DNA of 32,000 bases from an uncultured archaeon (lineage in GTDB: Archaea; Iainarchaeota; Iainarchaeia; Iainarchaeales; CSSED10-239): assembly GCA_964496765.1 (NCBI GenBank), contig CAZCAP010000006.1, forward strand, positions 1-32,000, read 5' to 3'. Within the stretch, counting starts at the first letter, position 1. Each line of letters starts with the position of its first letter. The position numbers and the translations under genes are program-made. Positions 1-8,147 of the stretch are shown here, piece by piece. The notes beneath the pieces were generated by a model that worked only from the letters and a program-made list of their open reading frames with translations, was not told the origin of the DNA and searched no databases.

Positions 1-4
1 GAGA

Positions 5-77
5 TGCCTCGAACCAGATTTGGACTGGCGGTCTCCAGATTATGAGTCTGGCGCTTTAACCGCTAAGCTACCGAGGC
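5..77 (-). tRNA. tRNA with CAT anticodon (elongator Met-like; Ile2 not excluded)
   Basis: Reverse complement folds as a cloverleaf: acceptor GCCTCGG/TCGAGGC, anticodon arm CCAGA-CTCATAA-TCTGG with anticodon CAT. It lacks the GGG/CCC anticodon stem of initiator tRNA. No encoded CCA. Confidence 0.93.
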
Positions 78-212
78 GTTTTAATTTGCTTTTCTTTTCT
101 TTAAAAGAAAGCTCAAGAAAAGAACTCTCTTATTAAAAATTAGAACTATATATAATTTAGATACAAATTATTTATATATGTTTTGAAATGAAACATCTTT
201 AGGCTAAATTAT

Positions 213-881
213 TCATTTTCTTGTGATTACCTTTATGTGATTTTTTGATTGATCATATAAATAAACCACATCAGCTAAACCTAGGAAAAGCCCTGTTTCA
301 AGAACCCCTGGTATTGTTCTTACTGAATATTCAAAGTCTTCTAGACTTATATTCTTATCAATTGCAATTCTTGCTAAATAATGTCCAATTTCTGTCTTTA
401 CTGGATTATTATTAGTATCGGTTACTATTCTTGCTAAACCATAGCTTTGTAAACTCATAATTGTTCTTTGATATGCAAAGGTTGACATCTCAACAAAAAT
501 ATCATTTGTAATCTCATTAACAAGATTATAACCAGTGCCTATCACCACTAAAACTAATGCTGATTGACTAATCATCTTATCTTTAATAAATGATTTTGTG
601 GATAGCTTATTAAAATTAAAGTATTGATCTATTTGATCAACAAACTCAATTGCTAAATCTATCTCTCTATCATTTAGAGAAACACACTTTTGTCCAAGAT
701 CATGTAAATGCTTTGCCTGAAGAACAGTTGTAGGAATGAAATAGACCTCTAGCTTATTAGATAGTAGATCCTTAACAAGCTCGTCAATTAGTTCCTTTTC
801 AAAATCACAGGTACCCATGGATATAACATCATTGGGTTTTACTAGCTTAACAAATTCAGATACAATTAATGGAACATTCAT
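213..881 (-). CDS. Divergent ribose-5-phosphate isomerase A-like protein
   Basis: RpiA-like layout: VISMGTC (cf. VIGLGTG), IPTT..QAKHL, DLAIEFVDQID (cf. DLAIDGADEVD), NFNKLSTKSFIKDKM (cf. NLIKGGGGALLREKI), IPGVLETGLFLGLADVVYL (cf. IPGVVENGLFL.LADKVYV). Confidence 0.72.
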   Translation of the reverse strand: MNVPLIVSEFVKLVKPNDVISMGTCDFEKELIDELVKDLLSNKLEVYFIPTTVLQAKHLHDLGQKCVSLNDREIDLAIEFVDQIDQYFNFNKLSTKSFIKDKMISQSALVLVVIGTGYNLVNEITNDIFVEMSTFAYQRTIMSLQSYGLARIVTDTNNNPVKTEIGHYLARIAIDKNISLEDFEYSVRTIPGVLETGLFLGLADVVYLYDQSKNHIKVITRK

Positions 882-976
882 ATTTATCTACCTAATAGTT
901 TATTTGGTTTGTTTTTTAAAAGTTTTGTTTTCACCTGAAAAGCAAGCTTTAAAAGGAGTTGAAGAATAAGTATATA

Positions 977-1038
977 TAGCAATGATGATATTTGAACACC
1001 TGCTGAAAATCATGATGATAGATGGGCGGGCTGAGCTA
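977..1038 (+). ncRNA. C/D box sRNA (dual-guide 2'-O-methylation guide)
   Basis: Intergenic. C box ATGATGA 982-988, D' CTGA 1003-1006, C' ATGATGA 1012-1018, D CTGA 1031-1034, D'-C' spacer 5 nt, guides of 14 and 12 nt, terminal stem TAGC (977-980)/GCTA (1035-1038). TATA-like GCTTTAAAAGG at 946-956 is suitably placed upstream. Confidence 0.88.
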
Positions 1039-1063
1039 CTTAAAAATAAATTAAAAAGTTAGT

Positions 1064-1282
1064 TTATTTTTTCTTTTTATATCTTAAATCGTTTTCTAAT
1101 TTTGTTACTCTCTTGTTTAGAAGATCAATCTTTGAATCCATAACATCTAATCTTGTGTCTCCAGGAGCAAAATTACCAATAGGCATGTACCTCAGTGCAC
1201 TTTTTCTCAAAAGGTACGCTAAAATTAGATTCCCAAGAACAAAAATAAGAATTATAATCAATAAAATATTTATAAGCACCAT
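1064..1282 (-). CDS. Small single-TM protein with C-terminal coiled coil
   Basis: ORF. The likely start is the internal MVLINILLIIILIFVLGNLILAYLL, since the upstream extension overlaps the neighbouring gene. Confidence 0.6.
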   Translation of the reverse strand: MVLINILLIIILIFVLGNLILAYLLRKSALRYMPIGNFAPGDTRLDVMDSKIDLLNKRVTKLENDLRYKKKK

Positions 1283-1319
1283 AATAATCTCTCCTTCTTC
1301 ATATCCTATTAGATTTGTT

Positions 1320-2111
1320 TTACACCAATAGATATTTACTTTTCCTCTTTTCAATAACAAGGCATTCTTCTTTCAATATCTCAAGAACAACCTTAATTTC
1401 ATCATCAGGGAAACTAAGTCTATCTTTTATTTCATCAATTGTGAATGCATCCTTAATCTTAAAGGCAAGTAATTTGTTTTTAATTTTTTTATAATTATCT
1501 GAATCAATAACATAATAGCTACCATCAAATGATTTTTGACCAATTATTTCTCCTGCCTTAACCCTATCAGAATATTTATCAGTAAACACCATTGCATCCC
1601 CTTGATTTTTAATTATAATATACCCATTTGATTCAAAAAAAGATATAATATCATTTGTTTCTTCAACCATTTCCTTAGCAGAAGTAAAATCCTTTTTAAT
1701 TGGCTTTTCAAAAGTTGACTTAGAAGCATTCTTTTCTGTTGAGATTGTATTTATTTGATATATTCCTTTCTTGTACTTAGGAAGATGATAAATAATTATT
1801 TCTTTATCCTTTAGCATTTCTTGAAAAATAGATAGATCTTCTTTCCTAAGAAGCTTTTCAAAGTTTCCTTCAATCTTATCTCCACCGGAAACTGCTTTAT
1901 CATTTAAAAGAGATATGATTTTTTTTTTAATATCTATCTTTGGATTAGCTTTATTTTCTTCTTTTTGCATATGCTTATTTACTACCAATGAATAAACATT
2001 TGAAGTAATTTCATTGAATTCAAGATTACTATCCTTAAGTTTATCAAGTAATTCAACCTCTTCAGGAACATAATTTATAAAATAAGTCTTAGCTTTTTTA
2101 ACTATCTTCAT
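1320..2111 (-). CDS. Conserved-looking hypothetical protein with C-terminal winged-helix-like segment
   Basis: 263-aa ORF; C-terminus FTIDEIKDRLSFPDDEIKVVLEILKEECLVIEKRKSKYLLV resembles a wHTH. Confidence 0.6.
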   Translation of the reverse strand: MKIVKKAKTYFINYVPEEVELLDKLKDSNLEFNEITSNVYSLVVNKHMQKEENKANPKIDIKKKIISLLNDKAVSGGDKIEGNFEKLLRKEDLSIFQEMLKDKEIIIYHLPKYKKGIYQINTISTEKNASKSTFEKPIKKDFTSAKEMVEETNDIISFFESNGYIIIKNQGDAMVFTDKYSDRVKAGEIIGQKSFDGSYYVIDSDNYKKIKNKLLAFKIKDAFTIDEIKDRLSFPDDEIKVVLEILKEECLVIEKRKSKYLLV

Positions 2112-2131
2112 AATCTCTCCCTACAGAAATA

Positions 2132-2806
2132 TTATTTGTACAAAGAGCTTATATATTCATCTATTTCTTGGAATGAAACTGAACAACCTTTGATCTTTAA
2201 TGAATACATTATTGCTTTTAGGTTATCAGGAGATTTAAAATCAGAAGACAGAAGATCATGTTTATGTGCATAGGCAAGTAAATCAACTGATCTTAAAACA
2301 GAGACTGGACCAATTAGTTCTCTAAACTTAACATACTTTTCTTCATCTATATGAACATCACTAGTATCATACTTTCTTTTGAAAATATCTATGAGGGCAT
2401 GTGGTTGCTCAACAAGCATTCTTGTTGTTCTTTCATCAACAGCTAGGTAATCAGCATCAGTTAGACCTAAAAGAGCAAGGCATTCAGCTTCTCCTGCTTG
2501 AATTATCCTAATTGGTTGATGTCTCACCAGAAACATATTATTTGTGAGCTCCATTATCTTAGTTGTGTTTTCCTCTAGTTCCTTTGATGTTGATGAAACT
2601 GTAAATATATTATCTTTAATTTCTCTTAAAATCCTAATTGAACTTAATTTAAATCTCATTACGTGCTCAACCTTGCCAACACACTCATATTGAACATTCT
2701 TAGTAATAATAAACTCTCCAATTGAATCCTTTAGGGATTTAAATAAAGATAAATAACAGGTTTCTGAGAAACTAATTAAAACTCCTGAATCAAAAACAAT
2801 TTTCAT
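2132..2806 (-). CDS. PIN-domain-like protein
   Basis: N-terminal MKIVFDSGVLISF and GEAECLALLGLTDADYLAVDERTTRML match PIN-domain acidic motifs. Confidence 0.7.
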   Translation of the reverse strand: MKIVFDSGVLISFSETCYLSLFKSLKDSIGEFIITKNVQYECVGKVEHVMRFKLSSIRILREIKDNIFTVSSTSKELEENTTKIMELTNNMFLVRHQPIRIIQAGEAECLALLGLTDADYLAVDERTTRMLVEQPHALIDIFKRKYDTSDVHIDEEKYVKFRELIGPVSVLRSVDLLAYAHKHDLLSSDFKSPDNLKAIMYSLKIKGCSVSFQEIDEYISSLYK

Positions 2807-2817
2807 AATTTTTTTCC

Positions 2818-3423
2818 TTATCTATTTTTAGCTAAGTCAAGCAAATGTATTCTTTCCTTTATACTCTTATACATGGGATCTTCATCTGGCATTCTTGTAA
2901 CCCCAATGAAGTTCATTAACTGATCCTTTGAAATAGAGAAAAGATCACTAGCCTGAGCAGCCGACAATCCATAGGCATAGGCTGAAGAAGCAAGCTTTAT
3001 TCTTGCATCATCAATAATCTGATTAATATAATGTCCTAGTTCCTTATCCTTTTGTCTAATTTCTTCTTCAATATCACTAACTGTTTTCCTAAATTCATCA
3101 AATTTCTTTGATTGCAGCATAAATGAACAATCATTTAATTGATTAAGAATTGAGTTTTGGGCCTTCTTCCAAATCTGATTAGAAAATATGTGTGGCTTGG
3201 AAATCATTTTTCTTAGCCCATACATGATAATACAAAAAGAAGCATAATCTCTGTTATCAAAAGTTATGGTAAGCTCAAGAGTTTGGTTTTCAAGAGCATG
3301 CATCCCATCTATATCTTTTTTAATTACAAAAGGAATAAACTCTTTTATGATTTTTGATAAACTATCATAATTATTTGACTTTTCTGTTTTATTCTTATCT
3401 TTCACTAAATTATTAGTTACCAT
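2818..3423 (-). CDS. Hypothetical protein, apparent partner gene of the PIN-like protein
   Basis: 201-aa ORF, 11-nt gap to the PIN-like ORF, same strand. Confidence 0.6.
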   Translation of the reverse strand: MVTNNLVKDKNKTEKSNNYDSLSKIIKEFIPFVIKKDIDGMHALENQTLELTITFDNRDYASFCIIMYGLRKMISKPHIFSNQIWKKAQNSILNQLNDCSFMLQSKKFDEFRKTVSDIEEEIRQKDKELGHYINQIIDDARIKLASSAYAYGLSAAQASDLFSISKDQLMNFIGVTRMPDEDPMYKSIKERIHLLDLAKNR

Positions 3424-3496
3424 ATGTTAAATTAGTAGTTATCAAGTCTTTTAAATATATTCTTTTATAATATAATAACATAATATAGTAATTATA

Positions 3497-3994
3497 GTGG
3501 ATAGAAACTTTATGAGCTTATATAGTAATGGATTTTTTGATGGAAATTGGAAGACCCCAATATTGATTGGAATAATTATAATTATTGTTATTATTGGAGG
3601 ATACTTTCTAATTAGAAGCATTGACTTTGGAAGTTTTGGTGGAACTAACATCTCTGCTAGATTTAGTGATAATCCACTAGTATTATCAAAGAATAAGAAT
3701 ACAATTCTTGAAATTACTGTAAAGAACGATAGTGAAATGGATTCAGTTAACTCAATGGTTACAGTTACTCCTGTAGAAGATTCATTAAATGTATTTTGTG
3801 AGGACTCAAATGCTCCTGACAATAGAACAATTACAATTAATAAGATGGCATCAGGTAATGAAAGAACCATATATTGTGATATTAGGTATACAGAGATTGA
3901 TAGCCTCCTGGAAGGAACCTATAGTTTTGATCTAACCTATAAGCTAAATGAAACAACAAGTTTTAAAAGAATTAAATTAACTGTTAAGAAATAA
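3497..3994 (+). CDS. Membrane-anchored extracellular beta-rich protein
   Basis: N-terminal TM segment PILIGIIIIIVIIGGYFLI followed by an Ig/CARDB-like beta-rich stretch (LEITVKNDSEMDSVNSMVTVTPVEDS...ERTIYCDIRYTEI). Confidence 0.6.
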   Translation: MDRNFMSLYSNGFFDGNWKTPILIGIIIIIVIIGGYFLIRSIDFGSFGGTNISARFSDNPLVLSKNKNTILEITVKNDSEMDSVNSMVTVTPVEDSLNVFCEDSNAPDNRTITINKMASGNERTIYCDIRYTEIDSLLEGTYSFDLTYKLNETTSFKRIKLTVKK

Positions 3995-4009
3995 AAGGAG
4001 AAATCAAGA

Positions 4010-4774
4010 ATGTTAGATGTTTTATTTAATGGATGGAATTTCTTTTCCAAAAAAGCATACCTATTATATGCTTTTTTAATAGCTCTATTTTATGGTGCTT
4101 TCACAGTTATTTTTTCTGGATATATTACTAGTATAATTTCCATCATGGGTGAGCAAATAGTAAATATTAAAACAATACATTTCTTTTCTTACTTTTATAA
4201 AGAAATTATAATTATTGCTCTTTACTGGTTTGTTGCAATGATAATTATTAATTATTTATGCTATGTGATAGCAAGATCAAATGCTGATAGGAAAGTAAGA
4301 ACCACAGGAAATGGGCTTGGTAAAACAATTGTTTATTCAATAGTTTTTTTTTTTGTTTTCGCAGTTCTTAGTGTTATTGGAGCAATATTCTTATCATTTA
4401 TTGAATCATCCCTATTACTTGCAATCCTATTCTTGATATTATTAATCTTCTTAGCAATATTTAGTATTGTAATTGCACTTACGTTTTCATTGAGTATCTT
4501 TTACATGGGCTTAAATGGAACAACAATTAATCAAAGCCTAAATGAAGCTTGGAAGTTTCTTAAAAAAAGATTTTGGTTATTAATTGGATTTATTATTATT
4601 ATTGCAATCATTCTAGGAATAATTTATTTCCTAGTTGATAGTTTGTACTATGTTATATTTGGGTATAATGAAATTGCAAGCATGATAATTAGATACATAC
4701 TTTTATTCTTATTTTTATTATATTCAACAAATTCGTTGGCCTTATTTATTAAAAAATACACTATAGGTAAATAA
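4010..4774 (+). CDS. Polytopic membrane protein
   Basis: 254-aa ORF with multiple hydrophobic helices. Confidence 0.7.
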   Translation: MLDVLFNGWNFFSKKAYLLYAFLIALFYGAFTVIFSGYITSIISIMGEQIVNIKTIHFFSYFYKEIIIIALYWFVAMIIINYLCYVIARSNADRKVRTTGNGLGKTIVYSIVFFFVFAVLSVIGAIFLSFIESSLLLAILFLILLIFLAIFSIVIALTFSLSIFYMGLNGTTINQSLNEAWKFLKKRFWLLIGFIIIIAIILGIIYFLVDSLYYVIFGYNEIASMIIRYILLFLFLLYSTNSLALFIKKYTIGK

Positions 4775-5511
4775 TGCCTTCTTTATTTACACATCTTAAT
4801 TTCATAGATGAAGAAATAAACAAAAATAAAGATCTAAAAAAACTAAATTCATCTATTTTAAAGTTTGGATCAATAATTCCAGACATAGATTACTTTGTAA
4901 GAAAGAAGAAAGTAAAGATATTTCATTTTATGCATCATAATTATGATTTGGGAATAGGTTTCGCAAAGGATCTATTGAGAGAAGCAAAAACCAGAGATGA
5001 GGTTTCTTTTGCAATTGGTTTCCTATCACACACAATTCTTGATAAGGAGGTCCATTCCTATTTAGAAACCAACGTAGATACAAGTGAGCATCTCCAACTA
5101 GAATACATAATTGATGCAAGATACGCCTATGAAAGGTTTCCAAAAGCAAAGTTCCCAAGAGATTTATTTAGGAGAACAATAACAAATAAACACAAAAATT
5201 ATGTCTCAGACATTAAACACATAAATTGCATGCATATTCAAGAATATAGGTTAGCATTCTTCTTTTACAAATCATTAATCATATCCAATTTCATAAAAGC
5301 AAGAAGCACATGGTACTACAATCTTCTTTCAATCATTCCAGAAAACAAGAAATTTAAAAAAATAAAATTAAAAACAAGATTAAAAGCAAGAATAGACAAA
5401 GATAAAGTTAAGATAGTAGAAGAAAGAATAGACAAAGCAAAACTAATTTTTGAAAAAAAAGTTATTGCTCATTTTAAGAAAAAAGATGCCTATGATGTCT
5501 TTTTAAAATAA
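4774..5511 (+). CDS. Zinc-dependent phospholipase C-like protein
   Basis: MPSLFTHLNFIDE...SGIIPDIDYF-like segment (FGSIIPDIDYFVRKKK), FHFMHH, AIGFLSHTILDKEVHSYLE: His/Asp pattern of the zinc-dependent PLC family. Confidence 0.65.
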   Translation: MPSLFTHLNFIDEEINKNKDLKKLNSSILKFGSIIPDIDYFVRKKKVKIFHFMHHNYDLGIGFAKDLLREAKTRDEVSFAIGFLSHTILDKEVHSYLETNVDTSEHLQLEYIIDARYAYERFPKAKFPRDLFRRTITNKHKNYVSDIKHINCMHIQEYRLAFFFYKSLIISNFIKARSTWYYNLLSIIPENKKFKKIKLKTRLKARIDKDKVKIVEERIDKAKLIFEKKVIAHFKKKDAYDVFLK

Positions 5512-5552
5512 TTTAATATAAATCATAAAAGATAGTTGATAATAGAAAGGAG

Positions 5553-6377
5553 TTGCTGATGATTATGGTTAAAAAAATAAAAAAAATAAAAGGAAAAACT
5601 GAAAAAAGAAAAAAAGGAAAACATAAAGGACTTATTGTCTCTCTTGTTATTATTCTTATCCTAATTATTACAATAATGGGAATCTGCTATAACCTAAAAC
5701 AAAATTATTCTAATGAAATCTTTGGATTAGTTATTGGATCTGGTAACCTAATCTCTGAAACAAGGGAAATAAGTTATTTTGATAAAGTAGAACTAAAATA
5801 TATAGGTAACATTTATGTTACTCAAGGAGAAACTAATACTCTTAGAATAGAAGCTGAAGATAATATTTTATCTCTATTATCAACTGAAGTTGTTGATAAT
5901 GAACTTGTTATTAATAAGGAAAGATATACACTTACTTGGATAATTAAAAATAAACCAATTAATATCTATGTAACTATGAAAGATGTTAATGAACTAGTAG
6001 TTCTTGGGTCTGGAAATATTATTAGTAACTCATTAATAGAAACTGATGTATTAAAATTAAAAATAAGTGGTTCAGGAAACATTAATGTAAACACAAATAC
6101 TGATTACCTAGAAACAGGGATAAGCGGTTCAGGAAGAATCACAGTAAATGGAATTGCAAATACTCATAATCTATACATTTCTGGATCAGGTGACGTAGAT
6201 GCATTAGATTTATTTACAAATAATACAAATGTTATGATTTCTGGTTCAGGAGACGCAAAAGTTAATGCAATAGATGAATTAAATATTAAGATATCTGGAT
6301 CAGGTAACTTACAATACACCGGAGATCCAAAAGTTAGCACAAATATTAGTGGATCTGGAACAGTTAAAGGGATTTAA
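5553..6377 (+). CDS. Membrane-anchored GIN-domain (DUF2807-type) protein
   Basis: N-terminal TM; FDKVELKYIGNIYVTQGETNTLRIEAEDNIL and repeated SGSG motifs (LKISGSGNINVNT, GISGSGRITV, YISGSGDVDA, ISGSGDAKV) typical of head GIN beta-helix domains. Confidence 0.8.
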   Translation: MLMIMVKKIKKIKGKTEKRKKGKHKGLIVSLVIILILIITIMGICYNLKQNYSNEIFGLVIGSGNLISETREISYFDKVELKYIGNIYVTQGETNTLRIEAEDNILSLLSTEVVDNELVINKERYTLTWIIKNKPINIYVTMKDVNELVVLGSGNIISNSLIETDVLKLKISGSGNINVNTNTDYLETGISGSGRITVNGIANTHNLYISGSGDVDALDLFTNNTNVMISGSGDAKVNAIDELNIKISGSGNLQYTGDPKVSTNISGSGTVKGI

Positions 6378-6426
6378 ATTAGATATATCCTTTTCGGGAG
6401 GATGGCTGTCCAAGCAAAAACAAGAA

Positions 6427-7062
6427 TTATTTATTCTTAACTTTTCCAGTAACTACAATTAGGGCATGATATTCTTGATAAAGCTTATAATCTCTTTTTA
6501 GATTATCCATAAATATCTTCTGGATATAATCATAACTTACTTTTTCTTTTTCTTTTATTATCTTGTTTTTAAGAAGAAGTTTTCTTGTGTATGCATCTAC
6601 TACAAAGATTGGTTGGTTATATGCATAAAGAAGAATTGAATCAGCAGTCTCTGGTCCTATTCCCCAAATTCCAAGAAGCTCTTCTCTGATTGGAGTTCTT
6701 TTCTTAAGAGATAGGAAGAATTTTGTGAATGCAACTAGCTTTTTGTATTTTTGATTAAAGTAACCAGCTGGGCGGATCGCTTTCTTGATTTTTACTTCTA
6801 GAGTGTCCAAGAAATATAACATACATAGTGCATTTATTTCTTTTAGGTTAGTTATTGCCTTCTCAACGTTCTTCCAAGAAGTGTTCTGAGTTAAGATTGC
6901 TCCTACACAGATCTCAAATCTTTCTTGATTTGTTACTGGATATTTGTAGTTGTTTGGGTGATACCCATTGTTTGTTTTGATTGTCGAGAGAGGCCACCAA
7001 CCTTGTGGGCCATATTCTTCATATAATGTAGAATATAGTTTTGAAATTAATTTATTTTTCAT
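6427..7062 (-). CDS. HhH-GPD DNA glycosylase, endonuclease III-related (MagIII/COG2231-like)
   Basis: YGPQGWWPL, FEICVGAILTQNTSWKNVEKAI, LLGIWGIGPETADSILLYAYNQPIFVVDAYTRK (HhH plus catalytic Asp). Confidence 0.85.
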   Translation of the reverse strand: MKNKLISKLYSTLYEEYGPQGWWPLSTIKTNNGYHPNNYKYPVTNQERFEICVGAILTQNTSWKNVEKAITNLKEINALCMLYFLDTLEVKIKKAIRPAGYFNQKYKKLVAFTKFFLSLKKRTPIREELLGIWGIGPETADSILLYAYNQPIFVVDAYTRKLLLKNKIIKEKEKVSYDYIQKIFMDNLKRDYKLYQEYHALIVVTGKVKNK

Positions 7063-7070
7063 AAATAAGT

Positions 7071-7904
7071 TTATTTAAGTTTATGACTAGAATGTGATAT
7101 GGTTATTCCAAGCTTCTTTTTTATGTTTTCTTTTGAAAAGATTTCTTCAACTTTTTTTTTTGCAATTTGTCTTGTGCTTTCTTTCTTTATAACCAAAGGA
7201 TCAGAATAATGTTTAATATAATTTTTCTTAAGTTGAACAATGTATTTTCTAACTTCTTTTTTAATTTCTTTAATTAGATCAAAATCAATACCATCAGAAG
7301 TAATAGAACCTGTTTTTTTTGGAGGAGTTAAAATCCTATGATAAGATTCAAGAACAATTTTTTTACTTCCTCTACGATTATATTGATACACATCCAATGT
7401 AACTGGATCAAGCAAAAGATTATGCCAACCCTCTAGTCCACCAAATTTTTTATGAAAATAACGTTTTCCAATATCTGCTTTTGCAAGAAATACTTTTTCA
7501 GTACCATTAAGCTCAGCTTTTACAAAAAAAATAGACTTAAGCTTTAATGCACGTAGAAAATCACCATAGGTGTTTTCACATTTTACTTGATATATTTTAT
7601 TTATGATTTTTGTATTTACTAATCCTGAATCAATTCTTTTTGCTTCTCTTATCAAATTAATTTTCTTAAGATCTTTTTGAATAGTAAACTCATATTCAAT
7701 AACCTTTGAAAATATTTCAAACTTATTTACATCAAACTTATTTAAATAATGTAATAATTCTTGTTGTTCATTTGATTTTAAATAGCTATAAATTTGAGAT
7801 ACGTAATTATCATATATCTGCATTTGCTGTGCATAGATCATTTCATGACTAATTAATTCGCGTAATCTATTTACAATCTTTCTTCTAAATCCAATATAGT
7901 CCAT
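7071..7904 (-). CDS. Hypothetical protein
   Basis: 277-aa intact ORF, 8 nt from the adjacent glycosylase ORF on the same strand. Confidence 0.55.
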   Translation of the reverse strand: MDYIGFRRKIVNRLRELISHEMIYAQQMQIYDNYVSQIYSYLKSNEQQELLHYLNKFDVNKFEIFSKVIEYEFTIQKDLKKINLIREAKRIDSGLVNTKIINKIYQVKCENTYGDFLRALKLKSIFFVKAELNGTEKVFLAKADIGKRYFHKKFGGLEGWHNLLLDPVTLDVYQYNRRGSKKIVLESYHRILTPPKKTGSITSDGIDFDLIKEIKKEVRKYIVQLKKNYIKHYSDPLVIKKESTRQIAKKKVEEIFSKENIKKKLGITISHSSHKLK

Positions 7905-8066
7905 AATATTTCACGTTTATAAAATAAATATGAATCAATAATTATATAAATAGAAAGAGCCTAGGCTGAATAAGATAAAATTAATACTTTGAAAAATATC
8001 CAGACTGATAGCTGTACTTTAATAAAATTTAAAATAAAATTAGAAAAAAAATGACAAGAAAAAAGA

Positions 8067-8147
8067 GTGATATTTGTAGTTGTAATTTGCACTATATTAG
8101 ACAAACAAAGAATTGCATGCATTTATTTTTTGATATTTATTGATTTC
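8067..8147 (-). promoter_or_regulatory. 3' half of pre-23S processing stem
   Basis: 8067-8086 GTGATATTTGTAGTTGTAAT is the exact reverse complement of 11164-11183. 8092-8097 pairs with 11151-11156, and 8140-8147 TTGATTTC pairs with 11111-11118 GAAATCAA. Confidence 0.85.

Noticed and set aside
6427-7062. Absence of the C-terminal Cys cluster of endonuclease III, suggesting a frameshifted gene
   Set aside because: YGPQGWWP and GIGPETADSI match the MagIII/COG2231-like branch, where lack of a 4Fe-4S cluster is normal. The ORF end (VVTGKVKNK) is plausible as is.
7958-7967. Perfect 10-bp palindrome AGCCTAGGCT between 23S and the 7071..7904 gene
   Set aside because: Short and loopless, with no second copy seen. 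A TATA-like TTTATATAA lies nearby, so it could be a binding site, but evidence is too weak.
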